This document shows positions 1-8,141 of a stretch of DNA of 64,000 nucleotides, piece by piece. The stretch is from Candidatus Sungiibacteriota bacterium (lineage in GTDB: Bacteria > Patescibacteriota > Minisyncoccia > Sungbacterales > JACQCQ01). The translations under genes and the position numbers were made by a program. The notes beneath the pieces were generated by a model. That model searched no databases. It saw nothing but the letters and a program-made list of their open reading frames with translations, and was not told where the DNA came from. Within the stretch, counting starts at the first letter, position 1; each line of letters opens with the position of its first letter. The stretch covers positions 10,187 through 74,186 of the forward strand of contig JACQCQ010000012.1 in assembly GCA_016201505.1 (NCBI GenBank). The letters run 5' to 3'.

Positions 1-590
1 ATCGGATACTGGAGTGCTACGGCATTCGGCGTTAAGCGATCAAGAATTGAGCCAAGTGAACGCTCAAACGAAGCGCCCGTGCGGTCAAGCTTGTTAATAA
101 AACAAATGCGCGGCACGCGATAATCATCGGCGTACCTCCAGTTGGTTTCGGACTGCGGCTCGACCCCGGCGACGCCGTCAAAAATCACGACTGCGCCGTC
201 TAAAACCCGGAGGGACCGTTTTACTTCAACGGTAAAATCAATGTGGCCCGGCGTGTCGATGATGTTGATGCGGTATTCGCCAGTTTTCTTCAAATTTTTA
301 ATTTGATCAGAAAACTGAGCGTCCGCCAAAGCACTATGCGAGGGCGGACTTCCACTGGGATAAAGATAACTTGGTGTCCAAAAGGTGTTCGTCGCGGCCG
401 AGGTAATCGTAATACCGCGTTCCCGTTCTTGCTCCATCCAGTCCATTACCGTATCGCCCTCATGCACTTCGCCGATTTTATGCGAAACGCCGGTATAGAA
501 CAGAATGCGCTCGGACACGGTCGTTTTACCCGCGTCAATGTGGGCAATGATCCCGATATTCCGCGTGCGTTCAAGTGGGTATTCTCTCAT
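1..590 (-). CDS. fusA: Elongation factor G, N-terminal part (runs off window start)
   Basis: Manual translation from ATG at 590 gives [24 protein letters not shown]...[12 protein letters not shown]...[13 protein letters not shown]...FINKLDR (G1-G4 motifs); follows rpsL-rpsG. Confidence 0.98.
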   Translation of the reverse strand, partial: MREYPLERTRNIGIIAHIDAGKTTVSERILFYTGVSHKIGEVHEGDTVMDWMEQERERGITITSAATNTFWTPSYLYPSGSPPSHSALADAQFSDQIKNLKKTGEYRINIIDTPGHIDFTVEVKRSLRVLDGAVVIFDGVAGVEPQSETNWRYADDYRVPRICFINKLDRTGASFERSLGSILDRLTPNAVALQYP

Positions 591-592
591 AT

Positions 593-1065
593 ATCAACGA
601 ATAACGAATTCTGTACGAATAAACGAATCTACTCAACCTTCGAAATTGATAATTCTTTTAAACTTCACTCCGGATTTCGCAAAATTAGCTAAAATCGCCA
701 ATTTTAGATTTGTACTTTTTAAATATTGTAATACTTGATCAATATGTCGCTTCGAAAAATTATCTCCCTTCTTCAATTCCAAAACAATCTTTTCATCAAC
801 TAGAAAATCAAGCTGATATCGGCCGATAAGCGCTGTTCTAAATTTTAAAGGAAAAGATACTTGCTCTTTAAATGGGAGTTTAATTTCTCGCAAAGCTTGA
901 GCTACGCTTCTTTGGTAATATCGCTCATGATGTCCCGGCCCCAGCTCATTGTATACAGAAAATAGGATACCGATGATTTGATAACTTAATTGAGGAAAAA
1001 TTAGATCAGGCCTCCGTACGCTGTTAACCATTCGTTTATTCCTTTAAGATTCGATATTCGTTGAT
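593..1065. mobile_element. GxxExxY cassette bounded by 36-bp imperfect terminal inverted repeats
   Basis: 593-628 matches the reverse complement of 1030-1065 at 30/36 positions; the same arms occur without a gene at 16129-16198. Mobility is inferred. Confidence 0.7.
633..1031 (-). CDS. GxxExxY family protein (PD-(D/E)XK-like)
   Basis: GHHERYY motif, YQLDFLVDEKIVLELK and QVLQYLK...LANF; 132 aa, typical of the family. Confidence 0.93.
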   Translation of the reverse strand: MVNSVRRPDLIFPQLSYQIIGILFSVYNELGPGHHERYYQRSVAQALREIKLPFKEQVSFPLKFRTALIGRYQLDFLVDEKIVLELKKGDNFSKRHIDQVLQYLKSTNLKLAILANFAKSGVKFKRIINFEG

Positions 1066-1068
1066 GAA

Positions 1069-1536
1069 TCACCAAGCGAAATGAGCAAAAGCTTTATTGG
1101 CCTCGGCCATTCTGTGCGTATCCATTTTTTTCTTGACGGCGTTGCCTTCATTTTTGGTGGCCAGCAGGAGCTCTTCCGCCAATTTTTTGGACATGGATCT
1201 GCCCTTGCCTTTTCTAGCCGCATCTAAGACCCAGCGAAAGGCCAGTGCGACGCGCCGCTCGCCTCTTACTTCACGCGGCACTTGGTAGTTGGCGCCGCCG
1301 ATACGCCGCGATTTAACCTCCACCACCGGCTGAATATTTCGCATGGCTTCTTCGAAAATTTCGATGGCTGGCTTCTTTTCTCTTTTCTCTAAAATATCAA
1401 ATGCGTCATAAACAATCTTCCGGGCAATTGATTTTTTCCCCTCCTTCATGACGTAGTTAATTAATTTCTCAACGGTTACATTTTGAAACTTCACGTCGGG
1501 CGCAATATCTCGTTTTACATTTCGCTTTCGCCGCAT
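1069..1536 (-). CDS. rpsG: 30S ribosomal protein S7
   Basis: VEVKSRRIGGANYQVP and HRMAEANKAFAHF. Confidence 0.99.
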   Translation of the reverse strand: MRRKRNVKRDIAPDVKFQNVTVEKLINYVMKEGKKSIARKIVYDAFDILEKREKKPAIEIFEEAMRNIQPVVEVKSRRIGGANYQVPREVRGERRVALAFRWVLDAARKGKGRSMSKKLAEELLLATKNEGNAVKKKMDTHRMAEANKAFAHFAW

Positions 1537-1539
1537 GCC

Positions 1540-1683
1540 AAATTCTAAATTCTAAATTCTAATATCGAAATCATAAACAAATTCAAAACTCTAAATTCCA
1601 ATGTTCGAAAAGCGTGTTTTGATTTTTGAATTTTTGTCATTTGGATTTTTTTCGGATTTAGGATTTCGTGCTTAGGATTTAGG
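1540..1683. repeat. Inverted array of 7-mer repeats (AAATTCT/AAATCCT/AAGCACG) between rpsL and rpsG
   Basis: Left arm aaattct-aaattct-aaattct-aatatcg-aaatcat; reverse complement of right arm aaatcct-aagcacg-aaatcct-aaatccg. Confidence 0.85.
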
Positions 1684-2085
1684 CCTTTTAGCTCCATATT
1701 TCGACCTCTGCTGTTTTCGGTTGGTGACACCGGTTGTATCCAGAACGCCGCGCACGATGTGGTATCTAACGCCTGGCAGGTCTTTGACGCGGCCGCCGCG
1801 GATCATGACGACCGAATGCTCCTGCAGAGTGTGCCCCTCGCCGCCGATATAGGCGGTAACCTCCATGCCGTTGGTGAGCCGCACCCGAGCCACCTTACGC
1901 AACGCCGAGTTTGGCTTTTTGGGCGTCATCGTGGTTACTTTGATGCAGACTCCGCGCTTAAACGGCGAAGGATAATAAGCCGGCCGATTTTTCAAGACGT
2001 TAAAACCCCGCTGCAGAGCGGGCGATTTGGACTTCGTTTTTCCGGGATGCCTGCCGTATTTTGTCAGCTGATGGATTGTGGGCAG
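1672..2085 (-). CDS. rpsL: 30S ribosomal protein S12, CTG start
   Basis: KKPNSALRK and [10 protein letters not shown]; the N-terminus (M)PTIHQL starts at CTG 2085-2083, with an in-frame TGA five codons upstream. Confidence 0.97.
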   Translation of the reverse strand: MPTIHQLTKYGRHPGKTKSKSPALQRGFNVLKNRPAYYPSPFKRGVCIKVTTMTPKKPNSALRKVARVRLTNGMEVTAYIGGEGHTLQEHSVVMIRGGRVKDLPGVRYHIVRGVLDTTGVTNRKQQRSKYGAKRPKS

Positions 2086-2237
2086 AGTTTTCTCGCCTCA
2101 AATTTTTCTGCGCCTTAATTGTATATAGCCCTACGGGCTGGAAATGATCCCACCGCGAGCCCGACAGAAAAACTTTTAGGCTTCGTTTTTAAACTTTTTT
2201 AAAGCCAGCCCTTCCGGGCTTTTAGGAGAACCTAAAA

Positions 2238-2266
2238 AGTATACCTATACGGGCTTAGGCAGTCAA
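2238..2266 (-). promoter_or_regulatory. Sigma70-type promoter for the str operon
   Basis: TTGACT-17 bp-TATACT on the minus strand upstream of rpsL. Confidence 0.7.
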
Positions 2267-2869
2267 TTAACGAAAGATTCTGCCCGCCAGAGTCCAAATA
2301 AAGAATATAAAAGCCATCAAGATCAAAAACCCGTATCGCTCCAGAAAGATTTGCGCCTTGATAAGCCGGCCGCCGAGCAAGGCAAAGAGTATCTTTGATC
2401 CGTCCAGCGGCGGGATAGGGAAGAGATTAAATACACCGAGCACTATATTAATTTGAACAATCGTGCCGAGGATGGCTAAAAATCGCTGGAGCATTAAGGG
2501 GGCAAGCAACGGCCCGAGCCCTAAAAGGTGCGTCGCGAGCACCAAGCCGAAAATCAGGGCCATGAGAAAATTGGCGCCGACGCCGGCAATGGCCACGAAA
2601 AACGTGCCCTGCCGAATATTTTTAAAATACATCGGGTTGAAGGGAACAGGCTTGGCCATGCCAACCAGCGGCCCGCCGACAAGATACATAAAGAACGGCA
2701 GCAAAATACTGCCGAAGGGATCGATGTGAGACAGTGGGTTCAAGGTGAGCCTGCCCGCATCTTTGGCCGTCGGGTCTCCCAGTGAATAGGCAACCAGTCC
2801 ATGCGCGACCTCATGGACAATAACCGAAAACAAAAGAATTAACGCAAAAAATATTATATCAATGGCCAT
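2267..2869 (-). CDS. Site-2 protease (M50 family membrane metalloprotease)
   Basis: HEVAH and NLFPIPPLDG motifs; hydrophobic helices. Confidence 0.95.
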   Translation of the reverse strand: MAIDIIFFALILLFSVIVHEVAHGLVAYSLGDPTAKDAGRLTLNPLSHIDPFGSILLPFFMYLVGGPLVGMAKPVPFNPMYFKNIRQGTFFVAIAGVGANFLMALIFGLVLATHLLGLGPLLAPLMLQRFLAILGTIVQINIVLGVFNLFPIPPLDGSKILFALLGGRLIKAQIFLERYGFLILMAFIFFIWTLAGRIFR

Positions 2870-2953
2870 AGGTTTGCGGGAGGTATATTTCTATGCTAGG
2901 GTACAAAATGCATTTTACCTCTATACGAGAAAAACGCTAGCAAATAAATACTC

Positions 2954-3145
2954 ATGAAAGCCTGTGCCATTTGCGGCAAAACTTCGTCACAAAAGGGCGT
3001 GCGCGCCCTGCTACGCGGCCACTATAATCCGACAACGACTGTTCGTGTCTACCCTAATTTGCAATGGGTAAGACTGCCAAACTCGCCTTCGCGCGTCAAA
3101 GCCTGCGCGAAGTGCATCAAGGCGCTCGCGAAGCAGAAAAAGTAA
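2954..3145 (+). CDS. rpmB: 50S ribosomal protein L28
   Basis: CAICGK...PNLQW...CAKCIK, zinc-type L28. Confidence 0.88.
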   Translation: MKACAICGKTSSQKGVRALLRGHYNPTTTVRVYPNLQWVRLPNSPSRVKACAKCIKALAKQKK

Positions 3146-3157
3146 CTCGGGAATTTC

Positions 3158-3201
3158 CTAAAACTCAAAAGCTCCCGCAGGCGGGAGCTTTTGAGTTTTA
3201 G
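3158..3201. terminator. Perfect 21-bp hairpin, probable bidirectional terminator between rpmB and tRNA-Pro
   Basis: ctaaaactcaaaagctcccgc-ag-gcgggagcttttgagttttag. Confidence 0.8.
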
Positions 3202-3242
3202 TCGCGTATTCTGAATTTAGCGCGAACCCATTTTGAACGAAA

Positions 3243-3512
3243 TTGCTGATGCAATTTCGCAAACCTTTCCCAAATCGGGAATGGATAAAATCAAGCAGTG
3301 AAGCCGAAATTAACCAAAAACTCCAAAATTATCACGAGCTAAAACAAGTTGCGGAAAAAATTGGAACGAACCGCCTCATCCTCAACCGGAAAGTCCAAAT
3401 GGATTTTTCCGAACCGTGGGGATTTGCCGCTTTGCGCCTTGCGCAAAGCGGAGACGCCGAGGGGCGAAGCCCCGAGGCAACCTCTTCCGAAAATTTGACT
3501 TGTCTTGAATGG
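3243..3512 (+). pseudogene. Probable C-terminal remnant of a tRNA-targeting large serine recombinase
   Basis: Frame ...EKIGTNRLILNRKVQMDFSEPW...TCLEW reads into the 3' end of tRNA-Pro; no catalytic N-terminus. Family assignment is from recall only. Confidence 0.45.
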
Positions 3513-3583
3513 TCGGGGCGCGGGGAATCGAACCCCGTCTACAAGACCCCCAGCCTTGCGTACTGCCGTTATACGACGCCCCG
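3510..3583 (-). tRNA. tRNA-Pro (GGG)
   Basis: CGGGGCG/CGCCCCG acceptor stem, anticodon loop CTGGGGG, GGTTCGATTCC T-arm, encoded CCA. Confidence 0.96.
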
Positions 3584-3628
3584 GATGGGGTCATTATACG
3601 AGCAAAAGTAAAACGGGGCTATACCTAT

Positions 3629-3910
3629 TTAATCTTTTATCATCCACTTGCGAAAACGCCGGCGCTCAACGTATAAAACTTGCCACCAATACTTCCCCTC
3701 GAAAAAACCAAAAATCGCGCCGATAACCACCGCGCCAATAAATCCATAAGAGCCAACGAGAATCCAGGCATCCCAAGAAAAGCCCAGACTATAACGGACA
3801 AAATCTAACGTGAGAAAATATGAATACCAAATTTCCGCCAGGCCGAATATCATCGAAACTAAAAGCGTGCCGAGGAGACTAAATAACAAGATGTAAATTT
3901 TTTGTTTCAT
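3629..3910 (-). CDS. Small membrane protein of unknown function (2 TM)
   Basis: 93-aa ORF with two hydrophobic helices and a basic tail. Confidence 0.75.
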   Translation of the reverse strand: MKQKIYILLFSLLGTLLVSMIFGLAEIWYSYFLTLDFVRYSLGFSWDAWILVGSYGFIGAVVIGAIFGFFEGKYWWQVLYVERRRFRKWMIKD

Positions 3911-3921
3911 CTTATTCTAGT

Positions 3922-3961
3922 ATACCAAAACACCCTGCCGTATGGCGGGGTGTTTTGGTAT
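3922..3961. terminator. Hairpin, terminator-like
   Basis: ataccaaaacaccctgcc-gtat-ggcggggtgttttggtat. Confidence 0.6.
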
Positions 3962-4008
3962 TAGGAATTGATGGAACCTGAGGACCGCTACGAAGCCCGG
4001 CGAGGGAC

Positions 4009-4156
4009 TTTTAGTCCTCAAGCGGAGGGAGCTGGAGTGTTTCGCAAATATCCAAGTGGGTGACGAGATGTCGTGTAAAGCGACATTTGGGCTGTCCCCT
4101 CGTAAAATGTGATTCAGTCGAAACTAGCCATATCTCCCCCCGCTTGAGGGCTAAAA
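4009..4156 (+). ncRNA. Unidentified structured RNA motif, copy 1
   Basis: Closing stem ttttagtcctcaagcgg/ccgcttgagggctaaaa; core shared with copy 2; G-U pairs favour the + strand. Confidence 0.55.
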
Positions 4157-4178
4157 TTGTTGAAAGCGCAGTGGAGAA

Positions 4179-4320
4179 CTTTTTCAGTTCTCATATAGAG
4201 GGGATGGTGCGTTTCGCAAGAATCCAAGGTGGGTGACGTGAATGCCGGCAAGCGGCATCTGCTGTCCCCTAGTAAAGTGATTTGGGAAAGCCCAAGCCCC
4301 TCTATATAAAAACTAAAAAG
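4179..4320 (+). ncRNA. Unidentified structured RNA motif, copy 2
   Basis: Closing stem atatagagggg/cccctctatat; core gtttcgcaa..atccaag..gggtgacg..gctgtcccct.gtaaa.gtgatt shared with copy 1. Confidence 0.55.
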
Positions 4321-4719
4321 AACTTTAAAAAGTAACGCATGAGCGGGAAAAAGGAACCAAGGGAACCAAAAGCCGCCGGATCATGCCCACTCTTTCAGTC
4401 TCCCGTATCTGATTGTACCTACCGCGAGTCGCGGGCTTGATCTCTCTAGGCGATGAGAATCTCGGTCATGCAGTGAGCCGCTAGCTGACAGTCATTCACC
4501 CAACTCTGCAACTCCATTATACAGGCAGAGGGCCAGTCGCTGGGGATACGATGTGGACAGGCCGTGAATGAAGCCTAGGAAAAGTGTCGAGCAAAAATGC
4601 CTTTTGGCTTTATAGTAACGAGGCGAGCCGGTTAGTCACACTTGCCCCTTGACAAATTTATTTGGCAGCGAAACTGATACTCAAAAAGATTTTAAAAGCG
4701 CGAAAAAATTCGCCAAATT

Positions 4720-5202
4720 CTAGAGGAGTTTAGCGACTTGGGCGAGCTCTTCGTAAATTCCTTCGATCAAATCATAGGACCGGGCTGCCTCGAGCGTCAC
4801 CCAGGCGGAATCAACAATATCCGGATCATGCAATACCACCTCACCGGATTGATATCGCGCCCAAAACGAGAGTCCGTGTACCCAAACGTTGTGCACCGGG
4901 TGACGGAAGACGTAACTAGTAAGATAGCGCAGCGTGTCGATTGCAAGACCCGTCTCCTCCATGACTTCACGCTGGATGGCTGGCTCCAGGGCGCCGTACC
5001 AGCACTGGTAGGATTTTGTGGTTGGCGGCTTTTTTACAAAATCATCTTCTTCAAACTTCCCGCCGGGAACTGTCCAAAGACCAGGGAACGCGCCTGCAGT
5101 TTCCGATCGCTTCACGATCAGCATTCTCCCATCCTCGCGCACGATAATTGCGGTCACGGGATTGATGAACAGTCGTTTTACAAGCTTATCCGAGATTTCC
5201 AT
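4720..5202 (-). CDS. NUDIX hydrolase
   Basis: WTVPGGKFE...AIQREVMEETGL Nudix box with an internal insertion; probable ATG at 5202. Confidence 0.9.
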   Translation of the reverse strand: MEISDKLVKRLFINPVTAIIVREDGRMLIVKRSETAGAFPGLWTVPGGKFEEDDFVKKPPTTKSYQCWYGALEPAIQREVMEETGLAIDTLRYLTSYVFRHPVHNVWVHGLSFWARYQSGEVVLHDPDIVDSAWVTLEAARSYDLIEGIYEELAQVAKLL

Positions 5203-5219
5203 GAAAGAGCCCCCTCTGG

Positions 5220-5816
5220 TTAAAACATAACATCCTCTTCTGATCGGGTATATGCATGAATCTGGTTCCGGCGAAACCACATGCGGAGTTCATGCGCGGC
5301 TTCTGCAGAATTACCCGACGCATGAATGATATTTCGGACAGCCCGTTTTCTGCCGTTCGCCAGTGCCGGCGAATCAATCGAGTAGTCCCCGCGGATTGTT
5401 CCCATTTCAGCCAATGCCGGAATTGTGGGACCGACGATTTTTCGCACCATTTTGATTGCGTGTACACCCTGGATCGCCATTTTTACCACTGGTCCGGAAG
5501 TCATAAAATCAACTAGCCACTTACGGACCCGCAAGCCGATTTTATACGGATCAGCCGAGCCGTATTCTTTTTTGAAATTAACCGGAATTTTAAATTCGGT
5601 GTAGCCGCGGATGGTGTTTGTCCCGAGTCCTGTAATCCAAGCCTTATCTTTCGGATAATGCAGATCCATTTCTTTGGCGGTCGCCCAAATCATTTCAAGT
5701 GCTACAATTTTAAGTCCGCGCTGTTCAATGCGGCGAATAATCTCACCGGAGAGGCCGCGCTTTACGCCGTCTGGTTTTACAATGACGAATGTCGTCTCTT
5801 CGTGAAGTTTTGGCAT
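5220..5816 (-). CDS. ndk: Nucleoside diphosphate kinase
   Basis: TFVIVKPDGVKRGL, GTIRGDY and NIIHASGN; probable ATG at 5816. Confidence 0.96.
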   Translation of the reverse strand: MPKLHEETTFVIVKPDGVKRGLSGEIIRRIEQRGLKIVALEMIWATAKEMDLHYPKDKAWITGLGTNTIRGYTEFKIPVNFKKEYGSADPYKIGLRVRKWLVDFMTSGPVVKMAIQGVHAIKMVRKIVGPTIPALAEMGTIRGDYSIDSPALANGRKRAVRNIIHASGNSAEAAHELRMWFRRNQIHAYTRSEEDVMF

Positions 5817-5910
5817 ATAAGACTTCAAAATCGTACCAAGGAAAATGGTCCTCGGCAAATGAAAAGTCCTCGGGCGCGCGAGCGCCCAAGGACCGAAGAA
5901 GCGGCACTGC

Positions 5911-6117
5911 TCACTTCTTCTTTTTCGGCGGAGGGTGGAGGACGTGCCGCCCGTTCGCTGAAACGCGGACGTCGTCCGGCCGCCTGACCAATCGGTTATC
6001 CCGGCTGCACCGCTGGGGTAGTAAAGACCAGTCGCGGCCGGGCAATTCCCGGTTGGACTTCATGTCACTGCGCCTGCCTGTCGGCATGTTCACCTCGATT
6101 CTCGATGTGCACTTCAC
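5911..6117 (-). CDS. Possible small basic protein
   Basis: 68-aa ORF lying between a minus-strand promoter (6388-6416) and a hairpin (about 5866-5893); no recognisable motif. Confidence 0.25.
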   Translation of the reverse strand: MKCTSRIEVNMPTGRRSDMKSNRELPGRDWSLLPQRCSRDNRLVRRPDDVRVSANGRHVLHPPPKKKK

Positions 6118-6416
6118 ACCTTATGAAACTATCTACGGAGTCGGGCAGAACTTCTTGGCCTTAGGTAACAAGGCTGAAGTCTGGGCAGTTATGGTGGCCA
6201 GCCGTGGCGAACCCCGCATCTCCGTAGAACGAAAGCTGGCCTCTTAAGAGGTCAGCGGAAAGTTCGAACGTGTGTCTAGACTGCTTTCTCACCCCTCTCA
6301 TTCTTGGTTCGCCAAAATCTCAAGACCAATCAGTCCGAGGAGGACGACGAGGAGATTTGTTAGTAACATCGCCTGCATGCTTATCAATATGGTAGCCGAC
6401 CGATTTAGGTCGGTCA

Positions 6417-6521
6417 ATCCCGTTAGAAATTAAACTAAAGTTTGAAAGGGCACAGAAGATAGTACATAGAATATGCTTATAAGCCGAGCAAAAATTAAAT
6501 TAACCAATTTTCTAACGGGAT
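6417..6521. repeat. ATCCCGTTAGA...TCTAACGGGAT inverted-repeat element, copy A
   Basis: atcccgttagaaa ... tttctaacgggat around an AT-rich loop; same ends as 24014-24177 and 24213-24381. Confidence 0.8.
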
Positions 6522-7960
6522 CACTTAGGCCAATGTCGAGAAACGAGCCGCTGATAAAAATAAACGGAGGCGAATAAAAATGGAACCAGGCCGAAAGCCA
6601 GGGCATATGGCCCGGAAAGATTGAGCGAGGCGAAAGGAATTTTAGCGGTCAATGTAATCACACCGAGTTCATACGAAATCAGGACACGCGCCGCGAGGCC
6701 AACCAGAAACCCAAGCCAGGGGATGAGAATACCGACGGCCGCGGCGATAAAGCCAAACAACATGGTGAGCGGGATCAGGGGCAGAACGAGCAGATTCGTA
6801 ATGGGACTAATTAGTGAGACCACGCCGAAGTGCCAGGAGATGAGCGGCAAGACAAAAATTTCGGCCGAAAGCGTGGCGGCGACTGTACCACGCAAATCAA
6901 ATCCTGCGGGGATCCAGGCTAAGTATGGCTGAAGGATGGGAGTCATAATGACCAGTCCCAGTGTGGCTAAAAATGAAAGTTGAAAGGATAAATTAAAAAT
7001 GAGGAGCGAGGGATCAAGCGCCAGCATGCAAACCGCGGCGAATAAAAGCGCGTTCGTCATCTCGAAAATCCGGCCTCGGCTTTTGGCAAGGAGTCCCAGA
7101 AATCCCATGATGGCGGCGCGAACGCCGGAAGCACCGCCGGAGGCGATGAAAATAAATATTAAAATACCAAGTACCCCGCCGAGAAATCGTACCCGCGGAG
7201 AGGCGTGGAACCATAACAGGAGCCATGAAATTGAAATGGCCACAATCGTAATGTTGTAGCCGGAGAGGGCCACAATATGCGCGGTGCCGGTTTTTGAAAG
7301 CGCACCTTTCAGCGACGTCGGAAGAGAAGTTTTTTCACCGAGCAAAAGGCCGGCCATATACGCGGCAGCGGGTTCAGCAAAAATCGCATGCAGCGAACGC
7401 GTGAAGCGCTGACGGATCAAATCGGCGAGTCGAACAAATGACCAGCCGACGGATTTAACTTCAATAGTTTTAGGAAAATAAATTTCCGCTTGAGGACCGC
7501 CCGGCGAAGTATATTTTGCGGGAATATCTTTTAGTGTGCCACTCACCAAAATCTCATCGCCGCGCTGCAGTTCGGGAGCCGGAGACGAAACCAACAGAAT
7601 TTGAGCCGGTAACGATTCATCACGAACTGAAATGAGCGTTCGCTGTGCGGTGGCGGTTTTAGAGAGCGTATCCTGCACGGTCGCAAAAACGTGCACCGAC
7701 TTTGCCTCGATGCGAGCCGCCGGCAAAAAGGCAAAGTCGGCGCGCAGCGCTCCGAGAGAAAGCGCCAAAAGAAAAAATCCCAGCAGGATCAAACGGCGGC
7801 GGCGCAAAAATCCATCTATCAGTAAAAAGGCCGAAAGAACGAATGCGGCAAAGACTATGCTAAGAGAAATAAACCCAACTGACCCGATGCCAATGCCGCC
7901 AATAATCCCCGCAAATGTTGCGAGTCCGAGTCGCGAGGGAGAGATAATCAGACTATTCAT
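6521..7960 (-). CDS. comEC: ComEC/Rec2 competence membrane protein (no MBL domain)
   Basis: GTAHIVALSGYNI, RAAIMG and SFQLSFLAT motifs; probable ATG at 7960. Confidence 0.95.
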   Translation of the reverse strand: MNSLIISPSRLGLATFAGIIGGIGIGSVGFISLSIVFAAFVLSAFLLIDGFLRRRRLILLGFFLLALSLGALRADFAFLPAARIEAKSVHVFATVQDTLSKTATAQRTLISVRDESLPAQILLVSSPAPELQRGDEILVSGTLKDIPAKYTSPGGPQAEIYFPKTIEVKSVGWSFVRLADLIRQRFTRSLHAIFAEPAAAYMAGLLLGEKTSLPTSLKGALSKTGTAHIVALSGYNITIVAISISWLLLWFHASPRVRFLGGVLGILIFIFIASGGASGVRAAIMGFLGLLAKSRGRIFEMTNALLFAAVCMLALDPSLLIFNLSFQLSFLATLGLVIMTPILQPYLAWIPAGFDLRGTVAATLSAEIFVLPLISWHFGVVSLISPITNLLVLPLIPLTMLFGFIAAAVGILIPWLGFLVGLAARVLISYELGVITLTAKIPFASLNLSGPYALAFGLVPFLFASVYFYQRLVSRHWPK

Positions 7961-8141
7961 AAAAACGGACAGAAGCGCAAAGCGCCACCTCAAGTAAGCC
8001 CCAAGCGAAGATACCTTTTCTCGAAACGCTCGTCCGACAAGCTGGCATGGTATTTGTCGAAGCAAATCAGCGAGGAGGACGGCGAGTATAAAAATCTCGC
8101 CGAGATTTTTATACGCTTTCGAAAAAGGTATCGAGCGTCTT

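Noticed and set aside
1545-1730. 61-aa ORF ([10 protein letters not shown]...LEFRI)
   Set aside because: It is a translation of the heptamer array and overlaps rpsL out of frame.
4009-4320. Assignment to hammerhead, twister, pistol, c-di-GMP, c-di-AMP or ZTP RNA classes
   Set aside because: The core consensus sequences I recall (for example CUGAUGA for hammerhead) are absent on both strands, so it is left unassigned.
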